Under the pieces are notes generated by a model. The model was not told where the DNA came from. It saw only the letters and a program-made list of their open reading frames with translations, and did not search any database. A DNA stretch of 64,000 nucleotides, taken from contig CAVOVB010000002.1 of the NCBI GenBank assembly GCA_963699755.1, positions 768,001-832,000 of the forward strand. Reading direction: 5' to 3'. Origin of the DNA: an uncultured delta proteobacterium (GTDB lineage: Bacteria > Myxococcota_A > Polyangia > Polyangiales > Houyiibacteriaceae). The first letter of the stretch is position 1; the number at the start of each line of letters is the position of its first letter. A program made the position numbers and the translations under genes. Of the stretch, positions 52,408-62,732 are shown in pieces.

Positions 52408-53667
52408 ATGTTGATTTCGTCGTTTGGTCTTGTTGCAACGGCGTTTGTCGGCGTGGGAACGCTGAGCGTCGTCACAGTTCGGCGTCCACTCGCGGGAGCA
52501 AGCGCTGGCCTTGCATTGGCACTGCTCGCGGGCCTCGCTCCGCCGAGTCAGGCCGACGCGGCGGAGCTTCGCTACGAGAAGGAGGGCACGGTCAAGGTCG
52601 CCGAAGGCGAGTCCATCGACGACACGGTGTTTCTCGCTGGGAAGACGGCCATCGTGGCGGGCGTGGTGGACGGTGACGTCTTCGCAGCGGCCGAGCGGGT
52701 GGAGATCACGGGGACCGTACGCGGCAATATCTATAGCGCCGCTGAGACGGTCACGATTGCCGGCGAGGTCGGCGGAAACGTGCACGCCGCGGGCAAGAGC
52801 ATCGAGGTGGACAGCAAGGTTGGTGGCTCGGCCTTCTTGGCCGGCCGGAACGTCATCGTAACGGAAGACAGCGAGCTTGCGCGCGGCGGCTACTTCGCCG
52901 GCGAGACGGTGCGGAGCAAAGGGCGAGTCGGCCGAGACTTAATTTTTGCCGCCGAGACGATGGAACTGAGCGGAAGCGTCGAGCGCAATGTGCGCGGCTA
53001 CGGGAGCGAGGTCACCGTGAGCTCCAGCGGTTCCGTCGGTGGCGACCTCCAGCTGACCGTTCCGTCGCAGGATGCTGTGGAAGTCGACGACGGTGCGATC
53101 GTGAGCGGCGAGACCATCATCGACATCGAAGAGAAGGAAGACAGACGCGCGTTTCTGTACCCCGGATTCTACTTCGGGGTGCTGGCCAAGGCGCTCGCGA
53201 TGCTCCTCATGGGCCTCGTCCTCGTCAGGCTCTTCCCTTCGCTGCTGCCGCCCGCGCCGGAGTCGAGCAAAGAGGTGTTGCGCGATATGGGGTTCGGCTT
53301 CGTTGCGCTGGTCGCGACCCCCGTGGTCATGCTCCTCATCGCGCTCACGCTGATCGGAATCCCGGTCTCCATCGTGCTCGGCATGGTGTACGCGGTGCTG
53401 CTGTTTCTCTCGACGCTCGTCGTGGCTTACTTCGCCGCGCTGCGCCTCCCCACGCCGGACCACCGTCGGCTCGTTCTCAACACGGGAGCGAGCCTCTTGG
53501 CCATTCTCTTCGTGGTGGCGATCCCGTTCGTGGGTCCCGGCCTCAACTTCTTGGTGCACATCTTCGGGATGGGCTGTCTCGTGGTGCATCTGAGGAAGCT
53601 GTACACGGCGAGTCGTGGCTTCATGGACTCCCCGACGAGCCAGCCGGGCCTGCTCGCCACGGAGTAA
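52408..53667 (+). CDS. Bactofilin-like beta-helix (polymer-forming) membrane protein
   Basis: AGGAGG RBS. About 15-aa repeats such as AGKTAIVAGVVDGDV / AAERVEITGTVRGNI / AAETVTIAGEVGGNV, then about 5 TM helices containing TLIGIP. Confidence 0.85.
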   Translation: MLISSFGLVATAFVGVGTLSVVTVRRPLAGASAGLALALLAGLAPPSQADAAELRYEKEGTVKVAEGESIDDTVFLAGKTAIVAGVVDGDVFAAAERVEITGTVRGNIYSAAETVTIAGEVGGNVHAAGKSIEVDSKVGGSAFLAGRNVIVTEDSELARGGYFAGETVRSKGRVGRDLIFAAETMELSGSVERNVRGYGSEVTVSSSGSVGGDLQLTVPSQDAVEVDDGAIVSGETIIDIEEKEDRRAFLYPGFYFGVLAKALAMLLMGLVLVRLFPSLLPPAPESSKEVLRDMGFGFVALVATPVVMLLIALTLIGIPVSIVLGMVYAVLLFLSTLVVAYFAALRLPTPDHRRLVLNTGASLLAILFVVAIPFVGPGLNFLVHIFGMGCLVVHLRKLYTASRGFMDSPTSQPGLLATE

Positions 53668-53698
53668 ACGGTCGGGCAGGCCTCGTTTCGGCCGTCGT

Positions 53699-54481
53699 TC
53701 AGAACAGGCGGAGCGGGGCGTATCGGGGGAGCGTCTGGAGCTCCATGTCGGGGTCGGCGGCTTCTTTGGCTTGAAGGAACGGGAGAAGCTGCTCTGAGCC
53801 TTTGGAGAGGAGTGCCGCTGCGCGGACCATGCCGGTGAATGGTCCATCGATGGTACCGGTGGGGCTGTTCCAGTGGACGAGGACGAGGCGGCTGGGGTTG
53901 TGCGTTCGACCGACTCCGTCCAATAAGCCTCGCGGTAAGCGTTGGTTTGGGAACCGAGCGCCGGGAAGGAACCCTCGTAGACGGCAACGGTGAAGTTGTA
54001 GTCGCGCTCAAACATGGAGATCGAGAGCCGTCGGCGCCCATCGGCAGCCACTGAATCAATGTATCGACGCCCCAGATCGGTCGCGCCGCCGTGAGGCCGA
54101 GCTGGTTGCCTGGCTCTCCGTTGAGCAATTTATTGGGTGCGATCGGACCACTGTCGGCGATGAGATAGCTCCGTTCGACGCCTTCGATCCCATTGCGAAG
54201 GAACGGATGATGGTTGACGGAGCCCACGCCGCCTGCGCTGCAACCGCCGACCATCATCTTGGGAACGGACGGGAACATTCGATTGAGCTCTTCAATGACC
54301 AGCAGCATGTTCTGATGGCCCATGTGATGGAACTCGGCGTCCCGGCCGACGCCGTCCGGATCGACGTTGGTCTGTACCCTGCTGCCGAGGTAGGTATCGC
54401 CGGTGCAGTGGAGGATGAAGACCCTGTTCCAGTCGCCCATGGGGTTGATGTCCGTGTTCGACGAGAGCACCGGGGAGCCGC
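53699..54481 (-). pseudogene. Truncated, frameshifted pectinacetylesterase-family hydrolase
   Basis: NPMGDWNRVFILHCTGD, GCSAGG and LIADSGP motifs with no N-terminus. Plausible continuation (ISMFERDYNF) lies in another frame. Confidence 0.7.
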
Positions 54482-55441
54482 CTAGGGAACCTCGGAGGTG
54501 ACGTCGAGCACGAGCTCACGGAGCCAGCGGTGCGGCGGGTCTTCGGTGAAGCGCGGGTGCCAGATCATGGTGATGGCGTGCTCGGGGATGTCGAGCGGGG
54601 CGGGATGGGACGCGAGGGTCGACGCGGCGGAGCACTTGCTGAGGCTCTTGGGGGCGGTGAGGACGAGGTCGCTTTGGGCGATGACTTCGAGGGCGGTGGC
54701 GAAGTGGGGGACACGGAGGGCGATGCGGCGCTCGAGACCTCGTGCGTGCAGGATCCGATCGACGACACCGGGGCCCTCGCCTCCTGGTGAGACGAGGATG
54801 TGATTGAGGCCTGTGTAGGCTTTGAGTGTCAGCTTGCGTCGGCCTTCGAGCGCGGGGTGATCGCGGCGGACGAAGCATCGGAAGGAGTCGCGGAAGAGGC
54901 TTCGGCTTTGGAGCTCGGGGTCGACTTGGGTGCCGAGGTCGAAGGGGTGTGGGCCAAGGAGCACGGGGTAGACCGCGAGGTCGATGTCGCCGGTTTCGAG
55001 GCTGTCGCTCAGGCGCTTCGGCATGGGGACGATTGCGAGATCGAGGCACGGTGCTGCTTGGCTGAGGCGTCGGAGGAGCGTCGGTAAGACGAGCGCGTCG
55101 AACAAGTCGGGGGACACGATGCGGAAGATGCGGCTTGCCTGTTCGGGCTCGAAGGGCCGCGGGTCGGCGAGGGTACGCGCGAGGCTGACCAGACCGCTGC
55201 GCAGAGGAACGGATAGGGCTTCGGCGCGCGGGGTAAGCAGCATGCCGCCTCGGCCGCGAACCAAGAGTGGGTCGCCAAAGAGCTCGCGGAGGCGACGCAG
55301 GGTGTGGCTCATCGCAGACTGGGTCACGCCTGCCCGCTCGGCGGCCTTGGTGACGCTTCGCTCGCGGGCCAGGGCGTCGAGGGCGACCAGGAGGTTCAGG
55401 TCGATGCCGTGAAGGGCGTCTGCAGTATGAGTTTCGCTCAT
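54482..55441 (-). CDS. LysR-family transcriptional regulator
   Basis: DLNLLVALDAL..ERSVTKAA..TQSAMSHTLRRLR..DPLLVR and C-terminal WH..DPPHRWLR. Confidence 0.95.
   Translation of the reverse strand: MSETHTADALHGIDLNLLVALDALARERSVTKAAERAGVTQSAMSHTLRRLRELFGDPLLVRGRGGMLLTPRAEALSVPLRSGLVSLARTLADPRPFEPEQASRIFRIVSPDLFDALVLPTLLRRLSQAAPCLDLAIVPMPKRLSDSLETGDIDLAVYPVLLGPHPFDLGTQVDPELQSRSLFRDSFRCFVRRDHPALEGRRKLTLKAYTGLNHILVSPGGEGPGVVDRILHARGLERRIALRVPHFATALEVIAQSDLVLTAPKSLSKCSAASTLASHPAPLDIPEHAITMIWHPRFTEDPPHRWLRELVLDVTSEVP
55427..55441. promoter_or_regulatory. LysR recognition site (T-N11-A dyad)
   Basis: ATGAG-TTTCG-CTCAT overlaps the LysR start and lies about 75 bp upstream of the divergent gene. 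Confidence 0.65.
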
Positions 55442-55515
55442 GTCGACATAGAAACAAGTCATTGGATTCATGTCAACGGCCGCCGCAGAGTAGGGGCTGC
55501 CAAGAGGAGGCAGTC

Positions 55516-56205
55516 ATGAAAAAGACAAAGAAAGTGTTGGTAGTTGGAGCCACGGGCGGCACGGGCCGCGCCACGATCGATGCGCTCGTCAAGCGCGGAA
55601 ACCGGGTGACGGCGTTCTCCCGGCACGCCGAGTCGCTCGAAATCGACTCGGAGCAGGTGACGTTGCAGAACGGGGATGCCACCAATCCAGACGACGTGGA
55701 CCGCGCGGTGGTGGGCCATGATGCGGTGATCGTCACGCTTGGGATTACCGAGAATCCGATACGCGTTCGTTTGTTTGGTGCTGCAGGCACACCGCTCGAC
55801 GTGCGGTCAGCGGGCACGCGGAACGTGATCGCGGCGATGCAGAAGCACGGCGTTCGCCGACTCGTCGTGCAGTCGTCGTATGGGGTCGGCGCGACGCGCG
55901 GGAGCTTGCGCTGGGTGGACCGCTTATTCTTCAGCCTCTTGCTGAAGCCACAGATCGCCGACACCGAGGTGCAAGAGATTGAAGTGCGCGAGAGCGGGGT
56001 CGATTGGGTGCTGGCGCAGCCGGTGCACCTGACCGACGAGCAGAGCGACGAGATGCCCTTCGCATCGGCGGATGGGGAAGTGCGTGGTTGGAAGATCTCG
56101 CGTAAGGGCGTCGCGCAGTTCTTGGCGCGTGCGGTGCAGACGTCTGACTACGTCAGACGCTCGGTGGCGCTGTCGGGAGCGGGGGTGTCGGCGGCGGCGG
56201 CGTGA
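55516..56205 (+). CDS. NAD(P)H-binding oxidoreductase (flavin reductase / BVR-B-like)
   Basis: GAGGAGG RBS, GATGGTG, GDAT, GVRRLVVQSSYGVG and ISRKGVA. Confidence 0.9.
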   Translation: MKKTKKVLVVGATGGTGRATIDALVKRGNRVTAFSRHAESLEIDSEQVTLQNGDATNPDDVDRAVVGHDAVIVTLGITENPIRVRLFGAAGTPLDVRSAGTRNVIAAMQKHGVRRLVVQSSYGVGATRGSLRWVDRLFFSLLLKPQIADTEVQEIEVRESGVDWVLAQPVHLTDEQSDEMPFASADGEVRGWKISRKGVAQFLARAVQTSDYVRRSVALSGAGVSAAAA

Positions 56206-56220
56206 CCGGTGAGATTCGGC

Positions 56221-56505
56221 TCAGTCGGAGCTCGAGAAGAAGCGTTTGACTGCGCTGGTGAATCCCTCGAATTTGTCGTCGAGGTCCTTGGTGAGGTTCG
56301 ACCATGCCTCGTCGCCGGCGTCTGCGAGCTTTGCGGCCTTGGCTTTAGCGGCATTGAGCTTCTTCTGCAGGTCGTTGATCTGCTTCTCGGCATTCAACCT
56401 GGCGTCCGCGCCCGCTCCCTTGAGGTTGGCGCGCGCTCCATCGAGCTTGGCCTGGTACCCTTCGAGCTTGGCTTCAACTTTTTGGCGATAGGCGTCTGAG
56501 CTCAT
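56221..56505 (-). CDS. Small coiled-coil protein (sll1863-like)
   Basis: AAGGAG RBS and the pattern DAYRQKVEAKL..AKLD..KL..AGDEAW. Confidence 0.75.
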   Translation of the reverse strand: MSSDAYRQKVEAKLEGYQAKLDGARANLKGAGADARLNAEKQINDLQKKLNAAKAKAAKLADAGDEAWSNLTKDLDDKFEGFTSAVKRFFSSSD

Positions 56506-56630
56506 CTCTGCTCTCCTTTGTGGATGATGGGCGACTCTAGGCTTTGGGGCTCACGTTGGCTAGGCGAGGGTAGCGGCCTTGGTCTTGGTTCTCGGTTGAC
56601 AGCCGAGACAGGCTGTCGAAACCTCGTGCG

Positions 56631-59060
56631 ATGCCAGACCGCAGAAAGACCCCAATCCAGCGACCCAACTCTCGCCAGACCTCGATCCGTGCGCTCTGTT
56701 TCGCCGTGATGGCAAGCACGGTGCTGCCTGCCTGCGAGAAGCCGCCTTCGAGCGTGCCCGAAGTGGATGCGGCGACGGATGCGGTGGTGGGCGACGCCGC
56801 GGTGACGGCGGCAGAAGGCGACGCGGCCACCGCAGCGCAAGGCACGCCCGAGTTCAAGGGGAAGATCGCGCGGAGTTACGCCGATTCGGTGGAGTGGTGG
56901 GCACCGCCCACCGTTCCGCCACAGGGAGCGCCCAATGTCATCATCTTCTTGCTCGATGACACGGGCTTCGCCCAGATCGGGTCGTTCGGAGGTCTGATTG
57001 AAACCCCCAACATCGATCGGCTCGCCGAGGGAGGCCTCCGTTACAACGACTTCCACACGACGGCTCTCTGCTCGCCGAGTCGCGCAACGCTGATGGCAGG
57101 GCGCAACCCGCATGCGATCGGCCTCGGAAGCCATGCGCTCACGGCGATGGGCTTCCCTGGCTACAACGCGATGGTTCCTCCGACGGCGAAGTCGGTGGCG
57201 AACTACCTCGAAGAGCAGGGCTATGTGAACTACGCGCTCGGCAAGTGGGACCACACCCCGCTCTACGAAGTCTCGCAGGTCGGGCCCTTCGACCGCTGGC
57301 CAAGCGACGAGGGCTTTGCGCACGCGTACACCTTCATGGCGGCCGACGTCCATCAGTTCATCCCGGTGATGTGGGACGACCATCACCCCGAGCCCTATCG
57401 CAAGACCGAGCACCTCGACAAAGACCTCGCGAACCGGGCGATCGAATGGATCACGGGACACAAATCCATCCAACCCGACCTCCCCTTCATGATGCTCTGG
57501 GCCTCGGGGTCGATGCACTCGCCGCATCAGGCGCCCGACGCTTACCTCGACAAGTACAAGGGCAAGTTCGACATGGGCTGGGACGCGGCCCGTGAGCAGA
57601 TCCTCGCAAACCAAAAGCGCTTGGGGATCGTCCCGGACAATACCAAGCTGACCGACCGTATCCCGGAGATCCCAGCGTGGGATACGCTCTCCGACAAAGA
57701 AAAGAAGCTCTACACGCGACAGATGGAAGTCTTTGCCGCGCAGCTCGAGTTTTGCGACGCGCAGATCGGGCGCGTGGTCGACGCGCTCGAGCGGATCGGA
57801 GAGCTCGACAACACGCTGATCTTCGTGACCTCGGACAACGGGGCGAGCGGTGAAGGCGGGCTCGCTGGTACGTTCAACGAGACCTACGTGCTCAACGGTC
57901 TGCAAACGCCGTTCGACGCCAACTTCCGCCATCTCGGGCGCTGGGGCCAGTGGGACACTTATCCGCATTATCACGCCGGCTGGGCCATGGCGGGCAATAC
58001 GCCGTTTCGCTACTTCAAGCAGAGCGAGCACCGTGGCGGGCAGCATGATCCGCTGGTCGTCCACTGGCCGAATGGCATCGAGGCCAAAGGCGAGATCCGT
58101 CGCCAGTATCATCACATCAGCGATATCGCTCCGACGATCATGGAAGCCGCCAAGATCGAGCGGCCCGAAAGCTACCACGGGGTCAAGCAGCAACCGTTCA
58201 CCGGCGTAGCGATGAACTACTCGTTCGACGACGCGAACGCCCCCAACGCGAAGCAGCGACAGTACTACGAGATGTTCGGAAACCGCGCCATCTGGGTCGA
58301 TGGCTGGAAGGCCGTGACGCTACACGCGAACCGAATGCCGTGGGACGTCAACGTCGTGCTCCCTTTCGACCAGGACAAGTGGGAGCTCTATCACGTGGCG
58401 GAGGACTTTTCGGAAAGCACGAATCTCGCCGATGAAAACCCGGAGAAGCTCGAGGAGCTGAAAGAGATTTTCGACGAAGAGGCCTGGGCCAACAACGTGT
58501 ATCCCCTCTACGACGACATGATCCAGCGCCTCGCCAAACAGCAGGACCGGCTCTTCGGCGACCGCACCGAGTTCGTCTACTTCGCGCCGGGCGCGTTCCG
58601 AATCGGGGAGAAGGCTTCGGCCCCGGTCAAGAATCGCTCGCACGAAATCGTCACCAAGGTCGACCTCGAGGGCAACGAGCAGGGGGTCATCGTTGCCGTC
58701 GGCGGCATGACCGGTGGTTTCTCGATGTACATCAAGGACCACAAGCTCCACTACGACTACAACTACCTCGACGGTGTGCACTATCACCTCGTTTCGAAGC
58801 GGCTGCCGACAGGTGAGACCGAGCTGAAGTTCAAGTTCATCAAGACCGGAGAGTTCGCGGGCACGGGCGAGCTCTTCGTCAACGGAGAGAAGGTCGGCTC
58901 GGTGGACATGCCAAAGATGCACATCAGCACCTACTCGCTGGCGGAGACGTTCGACCTGGGTCGCGACACCGGGACGCAGGTCGACAAAGCCTACGAGGGT
59001 GGACCGTTTCCATTCACCGGTGAGCTCGACCGGGTGACGATCACGCTCGCCGACCGGTGA
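56631..59060 (+). CDS. Arylsulfatase (lipoprotein, Cys-type)
   Basis: Lipobox LPAC, LLDDTG, CSPSR formylglycine motif, GKWDH, SDNGAS and WELYH..DFSE. Confidence 0.95.
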   Translation: MPDRRKTPIQRPNSRQTSIRALCFAVMASTVLPACEKPPSSVPEVDAATDAVVGDAAVTAAEGDAATAAQGTPEFKGKIARSYADSVEWWAPPTVPPQGAPNVIIFLLDDTGFAQIGSFGGLIETPNIDRLAEGGLRYNDFHTTALCSPSRATLMAGRNPHAIGLGSHALTAMGFPGYNAMVPPTAKSVANYLEEQGYVNYALGKWDHTPLYEVSQVGPFDRWPSDEGFAHAYTFMAADVHQFIPVMWDDHHPEPYRKTEHLDKDLANRAIEWITGHKSIQPDLPFMMLWASGSMHSPHQAPDAYLDKYKGKFDMGWDAAREQILANQKRLGIVPDNTKLTDRIPEIPAWDTLSDKEKKLYTRQMEVFAAQLEFCDAQIGRVVDALERIGELDNTLIFVTSDNGASGEGGLAGTFNETYVLNGLQTPFDANFRHLGRWGQWDTYPHYHAGWAMAGNTPFRYFKQSEHRGGQHDPLVVHWPNGIEAKGEIRRQYHHISDIAPTIMEAAKIERPESYHGVKQQPFTGVAMNYSFDDANAPNAKQRQYYEMFGNRAIWVDGWKAVTLHANRMPWDVNVVLPFDQDKWELYHVAEDFSESTNLADENPEKLEELKEIFDEEAWANNVYPLYDDMIQRLAKQQDRLFGDRTEFVYFAPGAFRIGEKASAPVKNRSHEIVTKVDLEGNEQGVIVAVGGMTGGFSMYIKDHKLHYDYNYLDGVHYHLVSKRLPTGETELKFKFIKTGEFAGTGELFVNGEKVGSVDMPKMHISTYSLAETFDLGRDTGTQVDKAYEGGPFPFTGELDRVTITLADR

Positions 59061-59084
59061 GCGGCTGGAAAAATCAGCCCTTCC

Positions 59085-59630
59085 TCAGCCCCGTCGTTGG
59101 ATCCAGGCCACGTACGCTTCGAGCATCTTTTGGAGAAGCGCTCGGGTCTGCTCGTCTTCGAGGCGTCCGTCTCGGATCCGCTCGTGCGCCTTCCCGACGA
59201 GCACCTCGGGGTGAGGAAAGACTTCGGAGAGGGTGCCGAGCAGGACCTGCTTGAGCTGCCCCTGCGCGCGCGCGGTGCCGACGATGCCTGGAGCGGCGCC
59301 GATGATTGCAACCGGTTTGTGCGCGAGCACCGATTTGAAACCCGGACGCGAGGCCCAGTCGATCGCGTTCTTGAGGACGCCGGGGATGCCGAAGTTGTAC
59401 TCGGGCGTGGCGATCAGCAGCCCGTCTGCACGGGCGATCTGGCTCTTGAACGCTTGCACCGCGGCGGGCCCTCCGTCGACGTCGAGGTCGCCGTTGTAGA
59501 GCGGGATGTCCGCGATGGACGCGACCGAAAGGACGGCTCCCTTGGGCAAGAGCGTTGCGGCGGAGTGAAGCAGGGCGGTGTTCCAGGAGCCCGCTCTCAG
59601 GCTGCCGGAGATTCCAAGGAGCTCGGTCAT
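59085..59630 (-). CDS. NADPH-dependent FMN reductase (ChrR-like)
   Basis: SGSLRAGSWN and TPEYNFGIPGVLKNAIDWASR. Confidence 0.93.
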   Translation of the reverse strand: MTELLGISGSLRAGSWNTALLHSAATLLPKGAVLSVASIADIPLYNGDLDVDGGPAAVQAFKSQIARADGLLIATPEYNFGIPGVLKNAIDWASRPGFKSVLAHKPVAIIGAAPGIVGTARAQGQLKQVLLGTLSEVFPHPEVLVGKAHERIRDGRLEDEQTRALLQKMLEAYVAWIQRRG

Positions 59631-59653
59631 GTTCCCTTTCTCCTAGCCCGGAT

Positions 59654-60346
59654 TCACGGCATGTCGAAAAGGAGGAGCTCGCTGTCGCCCATGGATTGAA
59701 TCGCGATCGGCCCGGCTTCGCTGAAGGACGCGCCGTCTCCCTCGCAGAGCTCGGTGCCCTCGACGACGAGAGCGCCGCGCACGACCTGCAGCCAGGCGTG
59801 CCGGCCCTGGGCGAGCTCGTGGGTCACCGCTTCGCCGTCTCGCAGGACCGACGCGAACATGGCGATGTCCTGCTGAATCTGCACCGAGCCCTGGGCACCG
59901 TCGCGGGACGCCACCAGTCGAAGCGTGCCGAGGCGCTCGTCCCCGAAGAATTTTCGCTCATAGCCGGGCTCGAGCCCGTTCTCTTCGGGAAGCACCCAGA
60001 TCTGCAGGAACCGAACCGGATCGGACGGGGAGTGGTTGTACTCGCTGTGCGTGACGCCGGTGCCCGCCCGCATGCGCTGCACGTCTCCGGGTCGAATGAT
60101 CGAGCCGTTGCCCATGCTGTCCTTGTGCTCGAGCGCGCCGCTGACGACGTAGGAGATGATCTCCATGTCCCGGTGGGGGTGGGTCGAGAAACCCTCGCCG
60201 CCGACCACGCGATCGTCGTTGATGACCCGCAGCGACCGGAAGCCCATGTGCTCCGGGTCATGGTAATTGGCGAACGAGAACGTGTGGCTCGAGTCGAGCC
60301 AGCCGTGATTGGCGTGGCCGCGGTCCTGGCTCCGTCTGATTTGCAT
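59654..60346 (-). CDS. Pirin family protein (YhhW-like)
   Basis: RGHANHGWL, LRVINDD, HPHRDMEI, HKDSMGN, HSEYN and LQIW. GGAGG RBS. Confidence 0.95.
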   Translation of the reverse strand: MQIRRSQDRGHANHGWLDSSHTFSFANYHDPEHMGFRSLRVINDDRVVGGEGFSTHPHRDMEIISYVVSGALEHKDSMGNGSIIRPGDVQRMRAGTGVTHSEYNHSPSDPVRFLQIWVLPEENGLEPGYERKFFGDERLGTLRLVASRDGAQGSVQIQQDIAMFASVLRDGEAVTHELAQGRHAWLQVVRGALVVEGTELCEGDGASFSEAGPIAIQSMGDSELLLFDMP

Positions 60347-60486
60347 CCCGGGCTGTCCTCCTTGGGCCGAATATCGGTCCATTGAACATGGGCGCAAGAG
60401 GGGTCTTCGCGAACGACTTCCTTCGCGATCGGTCCGCAGCCTGCGGCTTGTGTGTGTTTGCCGCTGCACTGGTGTAGGTAGAGAGG

Positions 60487-61968
60487 GTGACTTGGCTGGT
60501 GCGCGCTCGATCGATTTCGATGACGGTCATCGTGGGCTTGCTCGCGGCGGGGCTCGGGGGGTGCGGCCGGGAGCAGGCGCTCGGGGCCTCGTTTGATTAC
60601 GAGATGCCGGCGCGCTTCGCGGTGCCTGCGCTTCGCGCGCCCGAGGAGCAGGCGGAGTACGAGGTCTATGTCGATGGGCCTCTTCAGCCGGAGGCGTGGC
60701 GCGTGCGCTTTGATGCGTGCGGCTCGACCGGCTCGCCGGTGACGTACAGCTGGAGAGTCGACGGCGACGAGGTTGGCGTGGAGACGCGCTGCAACGGCTT
60801 CGAATATGATTTCCCCGCAGAGGGGGAGTATTCGGTCTCGCTCGTGGTCGAGGACGGCGGCGGCGATCAGATGGAGGAGACCCAGGTCATCGAGGTGCGG
60901 GATCTGCTCATCTTCGGCCTCGGAGACTCGTACGGATCGGGGGAAGGCAGCCCCGACGTGAGGGAGCTGGATGAGGGCGGCGTGCAGTGGCAGAACAATC
61001 GCTGTCACCGGTCCGCAGAGTCAGGGCAGGCGCGCGCGGCGCAGATGATCGAAGAGGCGGACCCGCACACCTCGGTGACCTTCGTCCACCTGGCCTGCTC
61101 GGGAGGCCGGATCCACCGAGCCTTGCTCGAGTCTTATGATGGAATCGAGCCAGACGGCACAGCCGCTGCGCCGCAGATCGACCGGGTCGCGGAGCTCGCG
61201 GGTGACTCCGAGATCGACGCGCTCTTCGTGTCGATCGGCGGCAATGACATCAACTTCTCCAACGTGGTCGAGGCCTGCGTCCTCGGCACAGACTGTCATT
61301 TGGGCACTCCGAGCATCGATTCCCTTCTCGAGAGCACCGCCTCGTTGGCGTGTGGTTTTCTTGGGTCGTTCGAAGACGAGTGCAAGAGCTATTTGGATCC
61401 GGACACGATCGATCTGGACTTGCTCGATGCGCGAGCGATCTTCGAGATTGGATCCAAGGACGAGTACGTCGACGGCGTGGACCTGCGCCAGGACGGTCTC
61501 GACGACCTGCCCAGCAATTATGATGACCTCGCTCAAGCGATCGTCGGCACGCTTGGGATGGATCCCACACGCGTGTACTTGACCGAGATCCCCGACGTGA
61601 CCCGCGATGAGTTCGGGGACCTCTGTGCGTGGCCGACGGAGCTCCCCGGGTACTTGGAGAGCCTGCGCATCGCCGCGCAACAGGTGCCCGGGGTGACGGA
61701 AGCCGAGATGGAATGGGCGAGCACCTCCGTGTTGACCGAGCTCCGCGCCGCGATGCGGGTCGCTGCCGACAAACATGGCTGGCAGTTCGTCGATGGCGTG
61801 GACGCGCGCTTCGCGGGCCACGGGTACTGCTCCGACGTGACTTGGCTCATTCGTCTCCAGAACACCTTTCAGTTTCAGGGCGACCCAAATGGCGCGCTCC
61901 ATCCGAACCCCGCGGGGTATGGGGCCTATGCGGATGCCATCGTCGAGGCCTTCGCCGCGGCTCAGTAG
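60487..61968 (+). CDS. Lipoprotein with PKD domain and SGNH/GDSL lipase domain
   Basis: Lipobox LGGC and PKD-like FDACGS..YSW..EGEYSVSL. SGNH motifs LGDSYGSGEG, CHRS, ACSG, IGGND and LHPN. Confidence 0.9.
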   Translation: MTWLVRARSISMTVIVGLLAAGLGGCGREQALGASFDYEMPARFAVPALRAPEEQAEYEVYVDGPLQPEAWRVRFDACGSTGSPVTYSWRVDGDEVGVETRCNGFEYDFPAEGEYSVSLVVEDGGGDQMEETQVIEVRDLLIFGLGDSYGSGEGSPDVRELDEGGVQWQNNRCHRSAESGQARAAQMIEEADPHTSVTFVHLACSGGRIHRALLESYDGIEPDGTAAAPQIDRVAELAGDSEIDALFVSIGGNDINFSNVVEACVLGTDCHLGTPSIDSLLESTASLACGFLGSFEDECKSYLDPDTIDLDLLDARAIFEIGSKDEYVDGVDLRQDGLDDLPSNYDDLAQAIVGTLGMDPTRVYLTEIPDVTRDEFGDLCAWPTELPGYLESLRIAAQQVPGVTEAEMEWASTSVLTELRAAMRVAADKHGWQFVDGVDARFAGHGYCSDVTWLIRLQNTFQFQGDPNGALHPNPAGYGAYADAIVEAFAAAQ

Positions 61969-62732
61969 TGGATGCCGATACCGAGGATGAAGTGATTGGT
62001 CCAGACTGAGGTCTCCACGGTTCGGCCGTTGATGTTCCAGCTGGGTGTGAAGTAGGTCGCGCGGTATTCGAGGATGACTGAGATCCAGCCCGAAGCGACG
62101 AGCCGGATTCCGACGCGCGCATCGAGGCCGGGATCGACCGAGGTGTTGGTCTCTACGCGCGCGGTGCCGAGGGCCGCCACGCCTTCGGCGAGCTTCGCCG
62201 TCGAGAGGACGAGGGAGGGGCCGATGGCCAGGTACGGTTGGGCACGACCGTTCGGATGCTCCGGGGTCTTGACCAAGGGTGCGCGAAACATGAGAAGCGC
62301 CGAGATCGGGATCGCATTGACCTCGTAGGGGCTTTGGATGCCCCAGGATTGGACGAAGACGGAGAAGTCCCCTGAAACGCCGAGCCAGGGAAAGCGGCCG
62401 ACGAACCAGCCGACCCTGAGCCCTCCGACCGGTGACTTCGTGCTCGAGCATTCCGCTCCGCACAAGAGGCTCTCTTCTTGAACGACGCCGTCGAGCGTGA
62501 GCGTGGCATCCGTCGTGACGGCCGCGCCGAGGTAGATATCCGAGAACACTTCGCCGCGGCGCGTTCGTTTGGGAGGTTTCTGCTCTTGGCCCTGCGCGCT
62601 CGGGCTGCTGACCGGGCCCTTGCTATGGGGCTGTGCGCTCGCGCCGAGGGAGAAGGCCGCAAGAAAGGCTGCGGTGATCGCTACGAGGTACGTCCGGCTT
62701 CGCGCCGTGAGGGTTGTGGTGGCGGGATGGAT
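61962..62732 (-). CDS. Outer-membrane beta-barrel protein (start codon unresolved)
   Basis: Signal-like LVAITAAFLAAFSLGASA, alternating beta strands, QPYLAIGP and C-terminal HFILGIGIHY. Confidence 0.7.
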   Translation of the reverse strand: MHPATTTLTARSRTYLVAITAAFLAAFSLGASAQPHSKGPVSSPSAQGQEQKPPKRTRRGEVFSDIYLGAAVTTDATLTLDGVVQEESLLCGAECSSTKSPVGGLRVGWFVGRFPWLGVSGDFSVFVQSWGIQSPYEVNAIPISALLMFRAPLVKTPEHPNGRAQPYLAIGPSLVLSTAKLAEGVAALGTARVETNTSVDPGLDARVGIRLVASGWISVILEYRATYFTPSWNINGRTVETSVWTNHFILGIGIHY

